In this document: positions 27,779-40,588 of the stretch, piece after piece
Layout of the letters: every line of letters starts with the position of its first letter
Numbering within the stretch: position 1 is the stretch's first letter
Assembly: GCF_006345805.1 (NCBI RefSeq)
Contig: NC_042999.1
Coordinates: 26,412,001 to 26,476,000 of the forward strand
DNA length: 64,000 nt
Source: Octopus sinensis
Lineage: Eukaryota
Reading direction: 5' to 3'
Position numbers and translations under genes: made by a program
The notes under the pieces: model-generated
Seen by the model: only the letters and a program-made list of their open reading frames with translations
What the model was told of the DNA's origin: nothing
Database searches by the model: none

Positions 27779-28117
27779 CAGGTCTATAATTAAGAGATGG
27801 GGAATTATGTATATTACTTACATCATTTACATTATTTACATATGCCGAAAATATGTCTTCATCTTGTTTGTACGGGCATATGGCATAGTGGTTTAGAGCG
27901 CAGGCTACTTACCCCAAGATTCCGAGTTCGGTTCCAAGCAGGGACCTGAATAATAATAATAATAATAATGACATCGAAAAATACCTTAGGAATGAGAACC
28001 CAGGTTCGAAATTACCCCAAGACACCAGATGAAGGCTGGAGGGTATATCAGCCGAAATGTTGGGTTAACAACAAACGAGATGAGGACAAATATCCGTCAA
28101 GTGTAAATAATGTAAAT
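27779..28117 (+). mobile_element. Composite insertion: inverted tail (27779-27871) plus tRNA-headed SINE carrying a hammerhead motif (27874-28117); 14-bp TSD
   Basis: AACAAGACAGATTT at 27765-27778 and 28118-28131; A-box tggcatagtgg, B-box gagttcggttcc; acac-CAGATGA-a-ggctg..cagcc-GAAA-tgtt-gggt at 28022-28065. Confidence 0.82.
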
Positions 28118-28811
28118 AACAAGACAGATTTGTTTCACATCAAAGCATTTACAGTAAAGTATGTATTTGAGGAGGGGTGACTTTATCAAAGCTTTTAGGA
28201 TATGATAACTGTTTAGGAGGGGGTAACAATATGAAAGCATTTAACTATGTTAAAATATATGTTTTTAATATTAAATCATGCAGTAGGGGTAATAGAAAAT
28301 TCTTTATTGTCTTCGTTTATTATTCCTTGTTGCCAAATTATTTGCAACCGACAGAAATGTTTTAAGTTCCAAGCATAGGTCTATTGTTTTGTGCTGATTA
28401 CAACTGAGCTGTGTATAAATTAGCTATTAACTAAATATATACGGCTGGCAACTTTTTACGAAAGCATTCTGTGTTCAACGGTTTAACGGTTTTTGATCTG
28501 TAGTTCGGTGGTTACGTTCCTGTTGTCGTTAACGCCCAATTGACACGGAAATCATGTGATGCTACAATCACACCTGCTGCTGTCGGCAAAATTTCGTCAA
28601 CCGATAAATCTATGCTTTTTCAGCCTATGTACGATATAAATGTTCAGCACAATTATCTCTGTCTATGGCGATCTTGCCAAAAGATTCAAGTTGATTTGGT
28701 TGCGAATCTATGAGTAAAAATGTTCCCGCTAGTAGTAGATAGCTTTTTGGATAATGTAAAACACTGTTGCCTATAATAGATAAATATGTGGGTGTGTATA
28801 TATATATATCC

Positions 28812-29001
28812 TTGCTTGTTTCAGTGATTTGACTGCGGCCATGCTGGAGCACCGCCTTTAGTCGAGCAAATCGACCCCGGGACTTATTCTTTGTAAGCCC
28901 AGTACTTATTCTATCGGTCTCTTTTGCCGAACCGCTAAGTGACGGGGACGTAAACACACCAGCATCTAGAGGGACAAACACAGACACACAAACATATACA
29001 C

Positions 29002-29054
<53 letters not shown>

Positions 29055-29219
29055 TACGACAGGCTTCTTTCAGTTTCCGTGTACCAAATCCACTCACAAG
29101 GCATTGGTCGGCCCGAAGCTACAGCAGAAGACACTTGCCCAAGATGCCACGCAGTGGGACTGAACCAGAACCATGTGGCTGATTAGCAAGCTACTTACCA
29201 CACAGCCACTCCTGCGCCT
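28812..29219 (-). mobile_element. SINE family 1
   Basis: Collinear with the other copies. Confidence 0.9.
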
Positions 29220-29269
29220 ATATATATATATATTATATATATAATATATATTATATATATAATATATAT

Positions 29270-29409
<140 letters not shown>

Positions 29410-29724
29410 CACCCAAACGTTTATCAATTTGTGTTGCAAGATCCCTGATGTGAAACCGTGTGTTGAAACAGATATTGCTTTATTTCAGGGTAGTCACTTT
29501 TCTGCCAAATAAACACTCGCACAATACATTTGTTCTTGTGTCCGTATGTGTCTGTGTATGTGTGCACGTGTGTGTACGTGTGTGTGGTCGTATGCTTGTG
29601 TGCGTGTCATTGTTCTTAGCAGCAGTATGGCCTTTCCCTCTGCACCATCCTCTCACCCCATTGCGCTGCTGCTGCCCTAAGACCCGAAAACTTGGTACAG
29701 TTCCTGTATCCCAATATACAACAA

Positions 29725-29762
<38 letters not shown>

Positions 29763-29763
<1 letters not shown>

Positions 29764-30046
29764 TTCGTTTTGGGATTTGGTTGGCAAAATTCTTTATATG
29801 AGTTTGTGTGTTGAAGCATATTCTGTTGTTTCTGGGGAGAGTCATACACTTTTAGTGCATTATTATTTAACACACACACCGCTCAAATTTCCACTTATTT
29901 CTTATTTTTATTTTCTAAAATTCTCGTTGCGTCTTGCAACCTTTTCAGTAGTCTTGAATAAAAATAAAAAATAAGTGGAAATTTTACCGGTGAGTGTGTT
30001 AAATAATTAGGCACTAAAAGAGAATGGTTCTCCCCAGACACAACAA
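29763..30046. mobile_element. Head-to-head fold-back insertion of the U3-A8 hammerhead-like family
   Basis: 29824-29912 resembles the reverse complement of 29957-30046; homologous to 43108-43250 and 53703-53968. Confidence 0.8.
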
Positions 30047-30339
30047 TATAGACATTATATATATATGTATATATATACAAAATCTTCCAAGAATTTAACA
30101 GTGACAGAACAAACGGGAAGTTCAAATACAAAACGTAGTTAATTCCACATAATTCATCGTCGAAAAGTTAATTAACAATTAATGGTGCCAAGCTGTATCC
30201 TTTGCATAACACCAGGGCCATGGAGAGGGAAGGCTGGTATGAATTGGAGACTGAGGGTCCTCCATAACCAATCTTATCCCAGACTTGAGCCTCGGAGGGG
30301 AACTTTATAGGTGCAATTCCATGGTCATATATAACTTTA

Positions 30340-30505
30340 GGCGCAGATATGGCTCTATGGTAACATGTTTCCTTTCTTGCCACATGGTTCTGGAATCAGT
30401 CCCACTGGGTGACACATTCTGCAAGGAGTTTCAATGAAACCTCGGACCGACCAAAGAGATGTAACTTGATTGGGTAGGTGGAAACAGAAAGAAGACGGTG
30501 GCGTA
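30340..30505 (+). mobile_element. Old, diverged SINE family 1-like 5' half
   Basis: ggcgcaga..ccacatggttc..cagtcccactg..cctcggaccgaccaaag..ggaaacagaaagaag. Confidence 0.65.
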
Positions 30506-30608
30506 TATATATAAATAGGGAAAGTTTACGAAAAAAAACAAAAGACGGAGACAAGTGACGTACAAAACAACCTGATGTATTAGTACAGCGCTCAGGAATA
30601 GAAAGACT

Positions 30609-30644
30609 CTTTTACGTTTCGAGCCTACGCTCTTCTACAGAAAG
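30609..30644 (-). ncRNA. Minimal hammerhead-like motif (A6U variant)
   Basis: cttt-CTGTAGA-a-gagc-gtag-gctc-GAAAC-GTA-aaag. Confidence 0.62.
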
Positions 30645-30718
30645 GTACACAGAAAAAAACAAAGAGAGAAAAAAACGTGTGTAGTGGCTAACGATCCATC
30701 ATGGCGTCTGATATATAT

Positions 30719-30770
<52 letters not shown>

Positions 30771-30856
30771 ATATCAATAATACAGTGATTGTTTCTTGTC
30801 AGGAACAAAATGATTAATACGACTGCTATAGAAGTGCTCTATTGAAAGCGACAAAA

Positions 30857-31205
30857 ATATCAAACTAAAGTTATTGAACAAACAAAGGCAAGGTCATCCG
30901 CATATCATCTCATAATTCGAACATTTAATCATAGAATATACATATAAACATCCCGCAAGATGGAACATAATTCATCTGTACAAGCATATAAGCATATAAT
31001 AATAATAACGTGCGACAAAAATTTTTTTTCATCACAGTTTAGAGTTAATATTTTAGCGATTCAGAAAAATACATTTTTAAAAAAAAACCTTGAAAGTAAA
31101 AATATAATAAAAGTAATATATAAAAAATATATAGGTATATAAAAAATATATAATATATATAATATATATAATATATAATATAATATATATATATATATAA
31201 TATAT

Positions 31206-31253
<48 letters not shown>

Positions 31254-31814
31254 GGAGCATATAAAAAATATATAATAGATATCATGTAAATAAAATAAAA
31301 GTTCATCGTTTAGAAATCTTATTAAATAATTATTCAAGTAAAAGAAGCCTTATAGTTAAAAAGGGAACCATATTTAAATATGGTTCCTTTTAACTATGAG
31401 GTTTCTTTTACTTGAATAATTATTTAATAAGATTTCTAAACGAGGAACTCTTATTTTATTTACATGATATATATTATATATTTTTTATATGCTCCTATAT
31501 GTATATATATATATTTTATATATTTTTATATACCTATATATCTTTATATATTACTTTTATTATATTTTTACTTTCAAGGTTTTTTTTAAAAAAATGTATT
31601 TTTCTGAATCGCTAAAATATTAACTCTGAACTGTGATGAAAAAAATTTTTTCTCGCACCTTATTATTATTATTATATGCTTGTATGCTTGTACAGATGAA
31701 TTATGTTCCATCTTGCGGGATGTTTATATGTATATTCTATGATTAAATGTTTGAATTATGAAATGATATGCGGATGACCTTGCCTTTGTTTGTTCAATAA
31801 CTTTAGTTTGATAT
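30857..31814. repeat. ~950-bp spacer-less palindrome
   Basis: Arms mirror about ggaaccatatttaaatatggttcc (centre ~31375); they differ mainly in the TA tract. Confidence 0.95.
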
Positions 31815-31879
31815 ATATATGTCTATGTGTGTGTGTGGTGTGTGTGTGTGTGTGTGTGGTGTGTGTGTGTGTGCGTGCG

Positions 31880-32072
31880 TGTGTTTGACCGTGTTTTCGT
31901 CTTCACCACTTGACGAACGCTGTTGCTATCTTTATGACCCCGTAGCTATGTGGTTCCGCAAAACAGATTGATAGAATAAATACTACTGTCTATTTATTCG
32001 ACTGAAATCATTTAAGGGAGTATTCCAGCAGGGCCGTTGTCACATGACTAAAACAAGTCAAAGAATAAAGAA
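31880..32072 (+). mobile_element. Old SINE family 1-like 3' half
   Basis: cttgacgaacgctgttg..ggttccgcaaaacagattgatagaataa..catgactaaaacaagt. Confidence 0.6.
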
Positions 32073-32178
32073 TATATATGTATAAATAGACACGATAGAA
32101 AGACGGAGAGAGAGATTCACCTATATATACGTATATGTATATGCTTGTTTATTATATAAATATATGTATATATATATA

Positions 32179-32248
<70 letters not shown>

Positions 32249-32532
32249 TATGTATGTATGTATGTATGTATGTATATATATATGCACATAGGTATACTTT
32301 TGTCTGAGTTCGTGTGTGCAAATATAGGCTACATTCAGAACATATATACACGCATTACTTCGCACAAATATATCTATACACCTGTGCTATACATATATAT
32401 TACTCGGGCAGGTCAGCCACCGACCTTGAGAAAAATACTCGCAGAATTTGCACACACATATACATAACCACACATACACACACACATACGCACACACACA
32501 CAGACACACACACACAGACATACACACACACA

Positions 32533-32563
<31 letters not shown>

Positions 32564-32564
32564 C

Positions 32565-32627
<63 letters not shown>

Positions 32628-33260
32628 AGTTAAATTTAAAATGAAGGCTTAGCAGATATTAAAATAGAGTATCCAATCATTGTGTCAAGTAAATCCTAGG
32701 TGGTTGTCTGCAGAGCACGTTCGCCACTCATGGCTATGACCCACTAAGGAATTGCTAAGTGCACGTTGTGTATATTCTAAATGATTGAAAGACAAGACGG
32801 AGTCGAAGTAGAGGCTTTATTTCGTACCACAGTCATGTAGGCTGCACCACTTCCTAGTGGGTGGGGAAGGATGTAAAGATATCAGATGCCTCTCGCAGCG
32901 GAGGGGAGCCTCATGAAGTGTCTCGATAGGCTGCAAAAGTTATAAAATTTCCATTTCGCTCCAAGCTTAGAGAGAAATGTATATTCCTGTCTCAGGTACA
33001 TTTGGTGATCTACATAAGAGTATTCCATTTCAAAAGTCTAATTTGCAGATCAGAAGTTATTGTGAAAATGGATATTTCCCCGTTTTCTGACGTTTCATTA
33101 TTTCATTATTTGAATATATTCATTTATTCCAAAATAGAATTTATTTTGGGGACTTCCTACTTCAGGTGCAATGAATTTTAATAAATTTTCTGTCTGTCTT
33201 TTTCATTTCCGTTTGCTGGATATTGGAACATCTTTTGGAATTTTGGAAATTACACCAATT

Positions 33261-33292
<32 letters not shown>

Positions 33293-33307
33293 AATATATA
33301 TATGTGT

Positions 33308-33346
<39 letters not shown>

Positions 33347-33404
33347 TGTGTGTATGTATGTATATACATACACACACACACATATATATGCATATACACA
33401 TATA

Positions 33405-33476
<72 letters not shown>

Positions 33477-34101
33477 TTCGTACGTATTTATGTATGCATA
33501 TGTTTATGTGTATGTGTGTGCTTATGTGTGCCTGTGCGTGCGTGTATGTATCATCTAGTAAATTATAAATCATGACTCCATTACGCTAGCTACGATATTT
33601 GACGTTTGTTGAAATGCTTAAAAGAAAATTTGAGATGTTTTAGTGTTTGATGGTAGCCATAAAATATCCCCCAAATCTGTCCAATTAAACTGATCATATA
33701 AGTTGCTGCTAGAATGAGACCCATGATGACATGACGGTGCTTTATTTGTTCGTTTTCTTCTTCAAGCACGTCTCCCTGAATTTAAATTGTTATATTTAAT
33801 ATGCTTATGAGATCATCAGGCTCTTAACACTGTAAATTTTCAATCACAATGAAATTAAATAAAGTCAAACTAATCCATTTATGAAATTATATTTCTTCAG
33901 CTTTAATCCAATTACTTTACACACAGAATTAAAAGGTCTTGGCCTCTGCATCATCTTCATTTCTACCCACTACCTTCGTGTTTCCTATATGTTATCAATA
34001 TGTATCTTCAGATTCGCCTGTGGGTTTGATGGGGAATAAAAATATGTTCGATGTTTTCTTTTGACTAATATATGTATGTCTATATATATATAATATATAT
34101 A

Positions 34102-34139
<38 letters not shown>

Positions 34140-34911
34140 TATATATATGTATATATATATATTATTCGGATATACATACAGATATCTACGCTTATATGTA
34201 CACGCGTGTGCAGCGCACACACATATATAAGCATATAAGAGTATACGGATATATCAATAATAAAATGTTTTCATATGAAGATATATACATATATATATAT
34301 ATATATATAATTTTATATTTCCGAGGCCCTATTAGAGAGCTAGTTATTTGTGCTGTATAAGGGGATAATTATCCCATTTATTTCTTCATCATATATATAT
34401 ACTAATTTAGCATTCGTAACAAGGAACATTTAATATTTTTTAAGGTTCATATATTTTCCATGAATATATTATTTGATACATTTTTTCTGACAACATGAGC
34501 ACTTCCTAGATCATTCCGAAGGAAAGTAGAGAAAAGAACATGGCTTTCTTCTTACAGATAGAATTTATTCCCCGTAGGTCATGTCAGATTATTTTATTGT
34601 GATGTTATCTCAGCAACAACTGATCTACAATTCCATGTTTTTAATAATGTCACGTCTTTAACGAGCTGTGATTTTTATGAACATCATCACTTCTTGAGGG
34701 ATAAGGTTGTTTCTACATTAGAGAGTGAGTTTACGGGCGAGTTGTATCTGAGGCATATATCGTTGAAGTGGCATTTTTTTAATGCAAAAGATGAATATCA
34801 CCTAGTCAACATAGCGCATGTTAGACGTTGATGTAGCAGGAATTTCTGTTGGAGCATGAACATTCGGATTTATATATATGTGTGTGTATATATATATATA
34901 TGTGTGTGTGT

Positions 34912-34951
<40 letters not shown>

Positions 34952-35040
34952 GTGTGTGTGTCTGTCTGTCTGTGTGTGTGTGATAATGAACAACAAATGC
35001 TGAGGCATAAGAAGCATCACAAGTCATATACATTCGGATT

Positions 35041-35090
35041 TTTGTCAGTGAACAGGTCGCGGTCTTAAAGCGACGAAAATATTTTGACAA
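35041..35090 (+). ncRNA. Minimal hammerhead-like motif, G3-C8 variant (second copy)
   Basis: tttgtca-GTGAACA-g-gtcgc..gcgac-GAAA-atat-TT-tgacaa. Confidence 0.6.
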
Positions 35091-35175
35091 GTAAACTGAA
35101 ATGTTGAAGTAAATCGAGCGGCTTTTGTGTGTTTCTTAAATGGCTTACAAACACCTTCCACGCTGCAATTGTGTA

Positions 35176-35590
35176 CTTGTCAGTTGTTTAACCTTAACCA
35201 ATTGACCATGTCCCTTAGTGGCTGACGATATGTACATCTCTGATCACGAGCAGAAGTAGTGGGGGAGCATCATAGCCATGTGTTGAGAGGGATTCTTTGG
35301 GGTTTGAATAATTCACTGCTGGAAACATGTGTGTTTCGTTCAACATCCTTAAAAAAACCTTATTCAGGGATCTTTTCAGCAAGATGGGTTACTAGACCAG
35401 ACGAAAATTCTAACTCGGCCCCACCTGCACGGTCATGTGATGTTTATCTTGATGTGAGATTACCATGTCGCGCACATATGGTTGTGATGCATGCGCCTAG
35501 TGTACCCTTAGCAGACGGGTATTCATGATGGGTATACTGAGCTTCGTATATTTTACCCCAGTGATGGCATGCACTGCTCTCTCACTCAAT
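35176..35590 (+). mobile_element. 5'-truncated copy of the TAA-associated retroposon with (TAA)n tail
   Basis: Reverse complement of 7798-8215; followed by (TAA)n to ~35722. Confidence 0.85.
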
Positions 35591-35619
35591 AACAATAATA
35601 AAATAATAACAATAACAAG

Positions 35620-35689
<70 letters not shown>

Positions 35690-36699
35690 AATAATAATAA
35701 CAACAACAACAACAATAATAATAAAAAATATATGACGAATGGTGTTTAAGTTCGTGACAATTGTTTCGCTCTAAATTTATTAATGCACTCTTAATAGATT
35801 ACACTGTTACATAGATTGCCAGCTCCCTAGGCTTTACATAAACTTGCTAAACCAATTTTTCATTCAGCAGATTTAGATTTTGAGGTTTTGAAGATGGTTA
35901 CCAATATATAAAACACGGGTGCATGTGTACAAAAACTGTCAATCAATTAAACACCGACTATAGAAGGAAAGATGGGGGAAGGAAAGGGAGAAATTGCGTG
36001 AGGGAGAAAAAGAGAGAATGCAAGTGAAATAATAAAATAAAATAATAAAATAACAATAATATTGATACACACACAAATCGGCAGTCCCACATAATCTTTT
36101 TCATATCAATTATACACGCTACATCCCAACACCTAACCAGATATGCTTAGAGTTTTTATGTGAGTGTTTGAGTACATATGATAAAATATAAAGCCATGTG
36201 ATTCAAGCTGTTGCAATCGGTTTTGTTACTGAACAAATCCGATTGCACTATAGTGATAGGAAATAGACTGATTCACCTGATTCAGTCAAAAGAAAACACT
36301 TTCCTAATTAACACTGGTGCATCGAAATGTCTCAATAAATTTGTTACGCATGCAAACACTTTGACAGCTAAAACATTTAAGCATTGGTAAATAATTTTTA
36401 AAGACTGTTTTTTTTTCTTTTGTTGTAATAAACCTATATCAAATTCTATTGTATATCAAGTAATTTTGAAACAGAGTGAAAATATATTGTCTGATTCTTT
36501 TTTACAAAACGAAAGTAAACAGTGAAAAAATTGATTTATATTATATGTAATAAAAATGTCAATAGAATTGTATGTACTACACAAAACAATTCAAGATTTT
36601 ACATTCTAAATACAGGATATTTCATTACACAATTGGAGTTGAAGAAAAATTAGCTGCCATGGAAAACTGAAAACCATTTCAATATTGGAAAAAATAACT

Positions 36700-37095
36700 A
36701 CCTGCATTACGATAGTTCGCGATGGATGTCAAAATGCTGAAGTCATGACTGCCGCCCTATGTTCTGTGATCACTCTAAAGTTTATAAAACTTTGCATGGG
36801 AAGTTGGAAGGGCGACTACCAAGCCGTGGCTTGCGGGATAAACACATCATACATCCTTGTTGCGTCCGTACGCTGGAGGTAACCCCCACAGACTTTGGAA
36901 AGAGCGGTAAGCTCAATTCAGATGCCCATATGAAGCTGCTTGAGACTGCAATCAAATCCTGGATTGAGAAAGTTGCTTCTGGAAAGCCACATGTATAGTA
37001 GCAGGATTTGATTCATTGCGGTACCCCAAAAAAGAGTCAAAAAGAATTGTTGGACTGTTTATACAACTAAACCAGCTCCAAATTCAGGCCTCCTA
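36700..37095 (+). mobile_element. Decayed Tc1/mariner-superfamily (maT/DD37D-like) transposase fragment
   Basis: KLNSDAHMKLLETAIKSWIEKVASGKPHV**QD..TPKKSQKEL..FRPP resembles the region around the second catalytic Asp. Confidence 0.6.
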
Positions 37096-37127
37096 GTAAT
37101 TTCTCCGTTAAATAAATATTTTCTCCG

Positions 37128-39510
37128 TTAAATAAATAAACAGAATTAATTTAATCAGTCGGACACATCAGTTGTATAATTTTACTTAAATCTTCCAAGA
37201 GGGTAAGATGACATACAAAGTCCATGCTGTTTTCACTTCAGCTTAGAAGTTTCTAAGATATCAGGGAACAATCTTGTTAGGGTCCAAGCTTGTCACTGAT
37301 TTTTGCATCGGTTTTAATTTATAGTCTTGTTTATCAAATCTTTGTATGTCAAAACCTAATACTACAGAATAGTGTCTGTTAGGAAAGGACATGAGGGAGT
37401 AGACAGAATCATAGTGGGTATAGTTATAACACCGGTCAATATTATTTTGTCGTGATGATGATACAGGGAAATTTTATCATAGGGTTCTATAGGTGATTGA
37501 TTTAAACAATATTGTTATATTGTATAAAGATAAACTTTAGGGTTATCAAGAAAAATATAACAACCAAAAGGATAAATTTTGAAAACTTTTGAATATATAC
37601 CAAATTTTCAACAATAGAGAGAAAAAAATTACGTAGAATTAGTTTAATATTCATTCATATGCTTAATTATTTACTTATGTGCTATCTATGAAGACTGATC
37701 ACTGGAATTTACTAAAGGAATACTCGGGCGATAGAACATACTAACTATATATTAATCATAATCTAAGAGATATATTATCAGTTGTGAAGTTACCGGTGCC
37801 GTTATATAGAAGCTAATATAAATTTCTTGGTGTATAAAAATTAGGTTTAATAGATACAAGTGTGAGATGTGCTCTATGGAAACATATGAGATTTTGAAGC
37901 ATAAGGACAAGAACAACCTGATTAACAATAGATTAGAACTTAGGGTATCATGCGTACATAATGTCACCCTACATTTAAATATTTTCGAAGTTAGCATTTT
38001 ATAGGTGTTGTGATTGAACTGAATTGATGGAAACTAACTTTTAAAATTTTTGGTGTTGAATCTAATTATTATTAACCTCTAGTTATATATATATATATAT
38101 ATATATATGTAATAAATCAAGTGATATTCAGTTACATGAGAAATTAAAGTACATTGCATATAATATAATCTATATACTATATTAAGTTAGTGTACTACAT
38201 GGAGTTAGTATACTATCCTATGAATATTCCTGCCTAGATAGTCTAACTTCATCATGGTTTTAGAAATTAAACTATTTATCCCTTCTATAGTGTTCCACTC
38301 TCCTGGTCATATTATTATTATTTTTATAAAGGTTTTTATGTAAGTAACCCTCCTAATTAAGTGCCCCTAAGAATCTATATTATCATGTATGTATTAACAC
38401 TGGAAACATTTAAAACTTACATTATACCTCTTAACTTATAATTATTATATAGTTAGCATGTTCTATCGCTCCAATATTCCTATAGTAAACAACTTTATAA
38501 ATGCTATCTAATAAATAAATAATTTGGTAAAATGATTGAATTATTAAACAAATTCCACACAATCTTCTTTTTTCTATTGATGATAACAATATATATATAC
38601 TTCATCATGGTTTTAGTGATTAAACTATTTCTTCCTTTCTGTGGTGTTATTTCCTACTGATCATATTATTATTTTTATAATAGACTTTATGTAGGTAGAC
38701 CTAATTTTTGTACACATAGAAATGTATATTAGCTTATATATAACGGCAACGGTAACTTCTCAACCTATAATATACCTTTAAGATTATAATTAATATATAG
38801 TTAGCATGTTCTATCGTCCCAGGATTCTTTTAGTATATGTTAGTGATCAGTCTTAATAGGTACCACATAATAAGTAAATAATTAAGTATATAAATGAATA
38901 ATAAACGATTTCTATGTACATTTTCCCCTCTCTATTGTAGAAAATTTTGGAACATGTTCAAATGTATTCAAAATTCATCCTTTTTCTTTATCATATTTTT
39001 TTGATAACCCTAAATTTTATCTTTAAACAATATAACAATATTGTTTAAATCAGTCACCTAAAATATCCCATGATAAAATTTCCCCTGTATTATCATCATT
39101 TGTTTTATTAGCGTCTTGCCCCATTAACTGGTAATTAATATCTTGATTTAAGGTATTCCTTTACCAAACCTTATTTTAACCAGTTACTTTATATTAATTC
39201 AAAATAATCTTGACAGGTTTTATATTTTATAACTATACTCAATGTGATTCTGTCAACTCCCTCATGTCCTTTTCTAACATATACTACTCTCCAGTCTTAG
39301 ATTTTGATATACAAAGATTTGATAAACAAGATTATATATTAAAGCCGACTTAAAAAATCAATGACAAGCTAGGATCATGATGTCATAGAAACTTCTGAGC
39401 TGAAGTGAAAACAGCATGGATTTTGTCGGTCGTCTCACACTCTTAGAGGATTTAAGTAAAATTATACAAATGTGTCCATCTGATTAAATTAATTCTATTT
39501 ATGTATTTAT
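37128..39510. repeat. Diverged large inverted repeat (~620-bp arms) enclosing an internal tandem duplication
   Basis: 37128-37755 resembles the reverse complement of 38790-39510; 38245-38490 resembles 38598-38840. Confidence 0.85.
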
Positions 39511-39719
39511 GCAGCTGAGGATAGTCTTGCATTTAAATTTATGTAATTATTGCATTGGTCAATTAAATGGAGCCGCTTGAAATGGTCATGCTGCATCACC
39601 TCTAATTATCCTTATTTTGAGTTTATTCACTTTATTTTGAAATTATACAGTTAACACCACACTAATTTTTTGTGCCACAACTTAAGTACCTACTCCATCT
39701 GAATCCCAACTTTTTTACT

Positions 39720-39721
<2 letters not shown>

Positions 39722-39798
<77 letters not shown>

Positions 39799-40103
39799 TG
39801 TGTGTGTCTGTGTCTGTGTGTGTGTGTGTGTTGAGAAAAATGGTCGTCAGAATTTTTCATTATTATTAGCGCTTTCGTTCGTTTCTTGAACTTGGCAAAC
39901 AGAATTTTGTGAATGTACAAACAGATTGTTCATTTATATAAAACAGATTCTTTCTTTTTTTTTGGGGGGGGGGTTAGAAGTGAAGAACATTGTTTTTGCT
40001 TTTGCTGAGTTAGGTTCCATGACAATGGAGATAGATAGAAATGTAGGTAGGTAGATAGGTTGATAGATAGATAAGTAGATAGATAAATAGATAGGTATAT
40101 ATA

Positions 40104-40164
<61 letters not shown>

Positions 40165-40467
40165 CGTGTGTGTGTGTGTGTGTCTGTGTCTGTGTGTGTG
40201 TGTGTGTTGAGAAAAATGGTCGTCAGAATTTTTCATTATTATTAGCGCTTTCGTTCGTTTCTTGAACTTGGCAAACAGAATTTTGTGAATGTACAAACAG
40301 ATTGTTCATTTATATAAAACAGATTCTTTCTTTTTTTTTGGGGGGGGGTTAAAAGTGAAGAACATTGTTTTTGCTTTTGCTGAGTTAGGTTCCATGACAA
40401 TGGAGATAGATAGAAATGTAGGTAGGTAGATAGGTTGATAGATAGATAAGTAGATAGATAAATAGAT

Positions 40468-40470
<3 letters not shown>
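39722..40470. repeat. Near-identical tandem duplication (~372-bp unit) with a diverged inverted copy at 41361-41629
   Basis: ttgagaaaaatggtcgtcagaa at 39831 and 40207; reverse-complement relative at 41361-41629. Confidence 0.9.
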
Positions 40471-40515
<45 letters not shown>

Positions 40516-40530
40516 GAGAGAGAGAGAGAG

Positions 40531-40588
<58 letters not shown>

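Noticed and set aside
27874-27946. Functional tRNA gene
   Set aside because: Acceptor stem pairs poorly, there is no T-run terminator, and it continues into a SINE body inside a TSD
33080-33170. Minus-strand CTGAAGT...GAAACGTC
   Set aside because: Stems I and II do not pair
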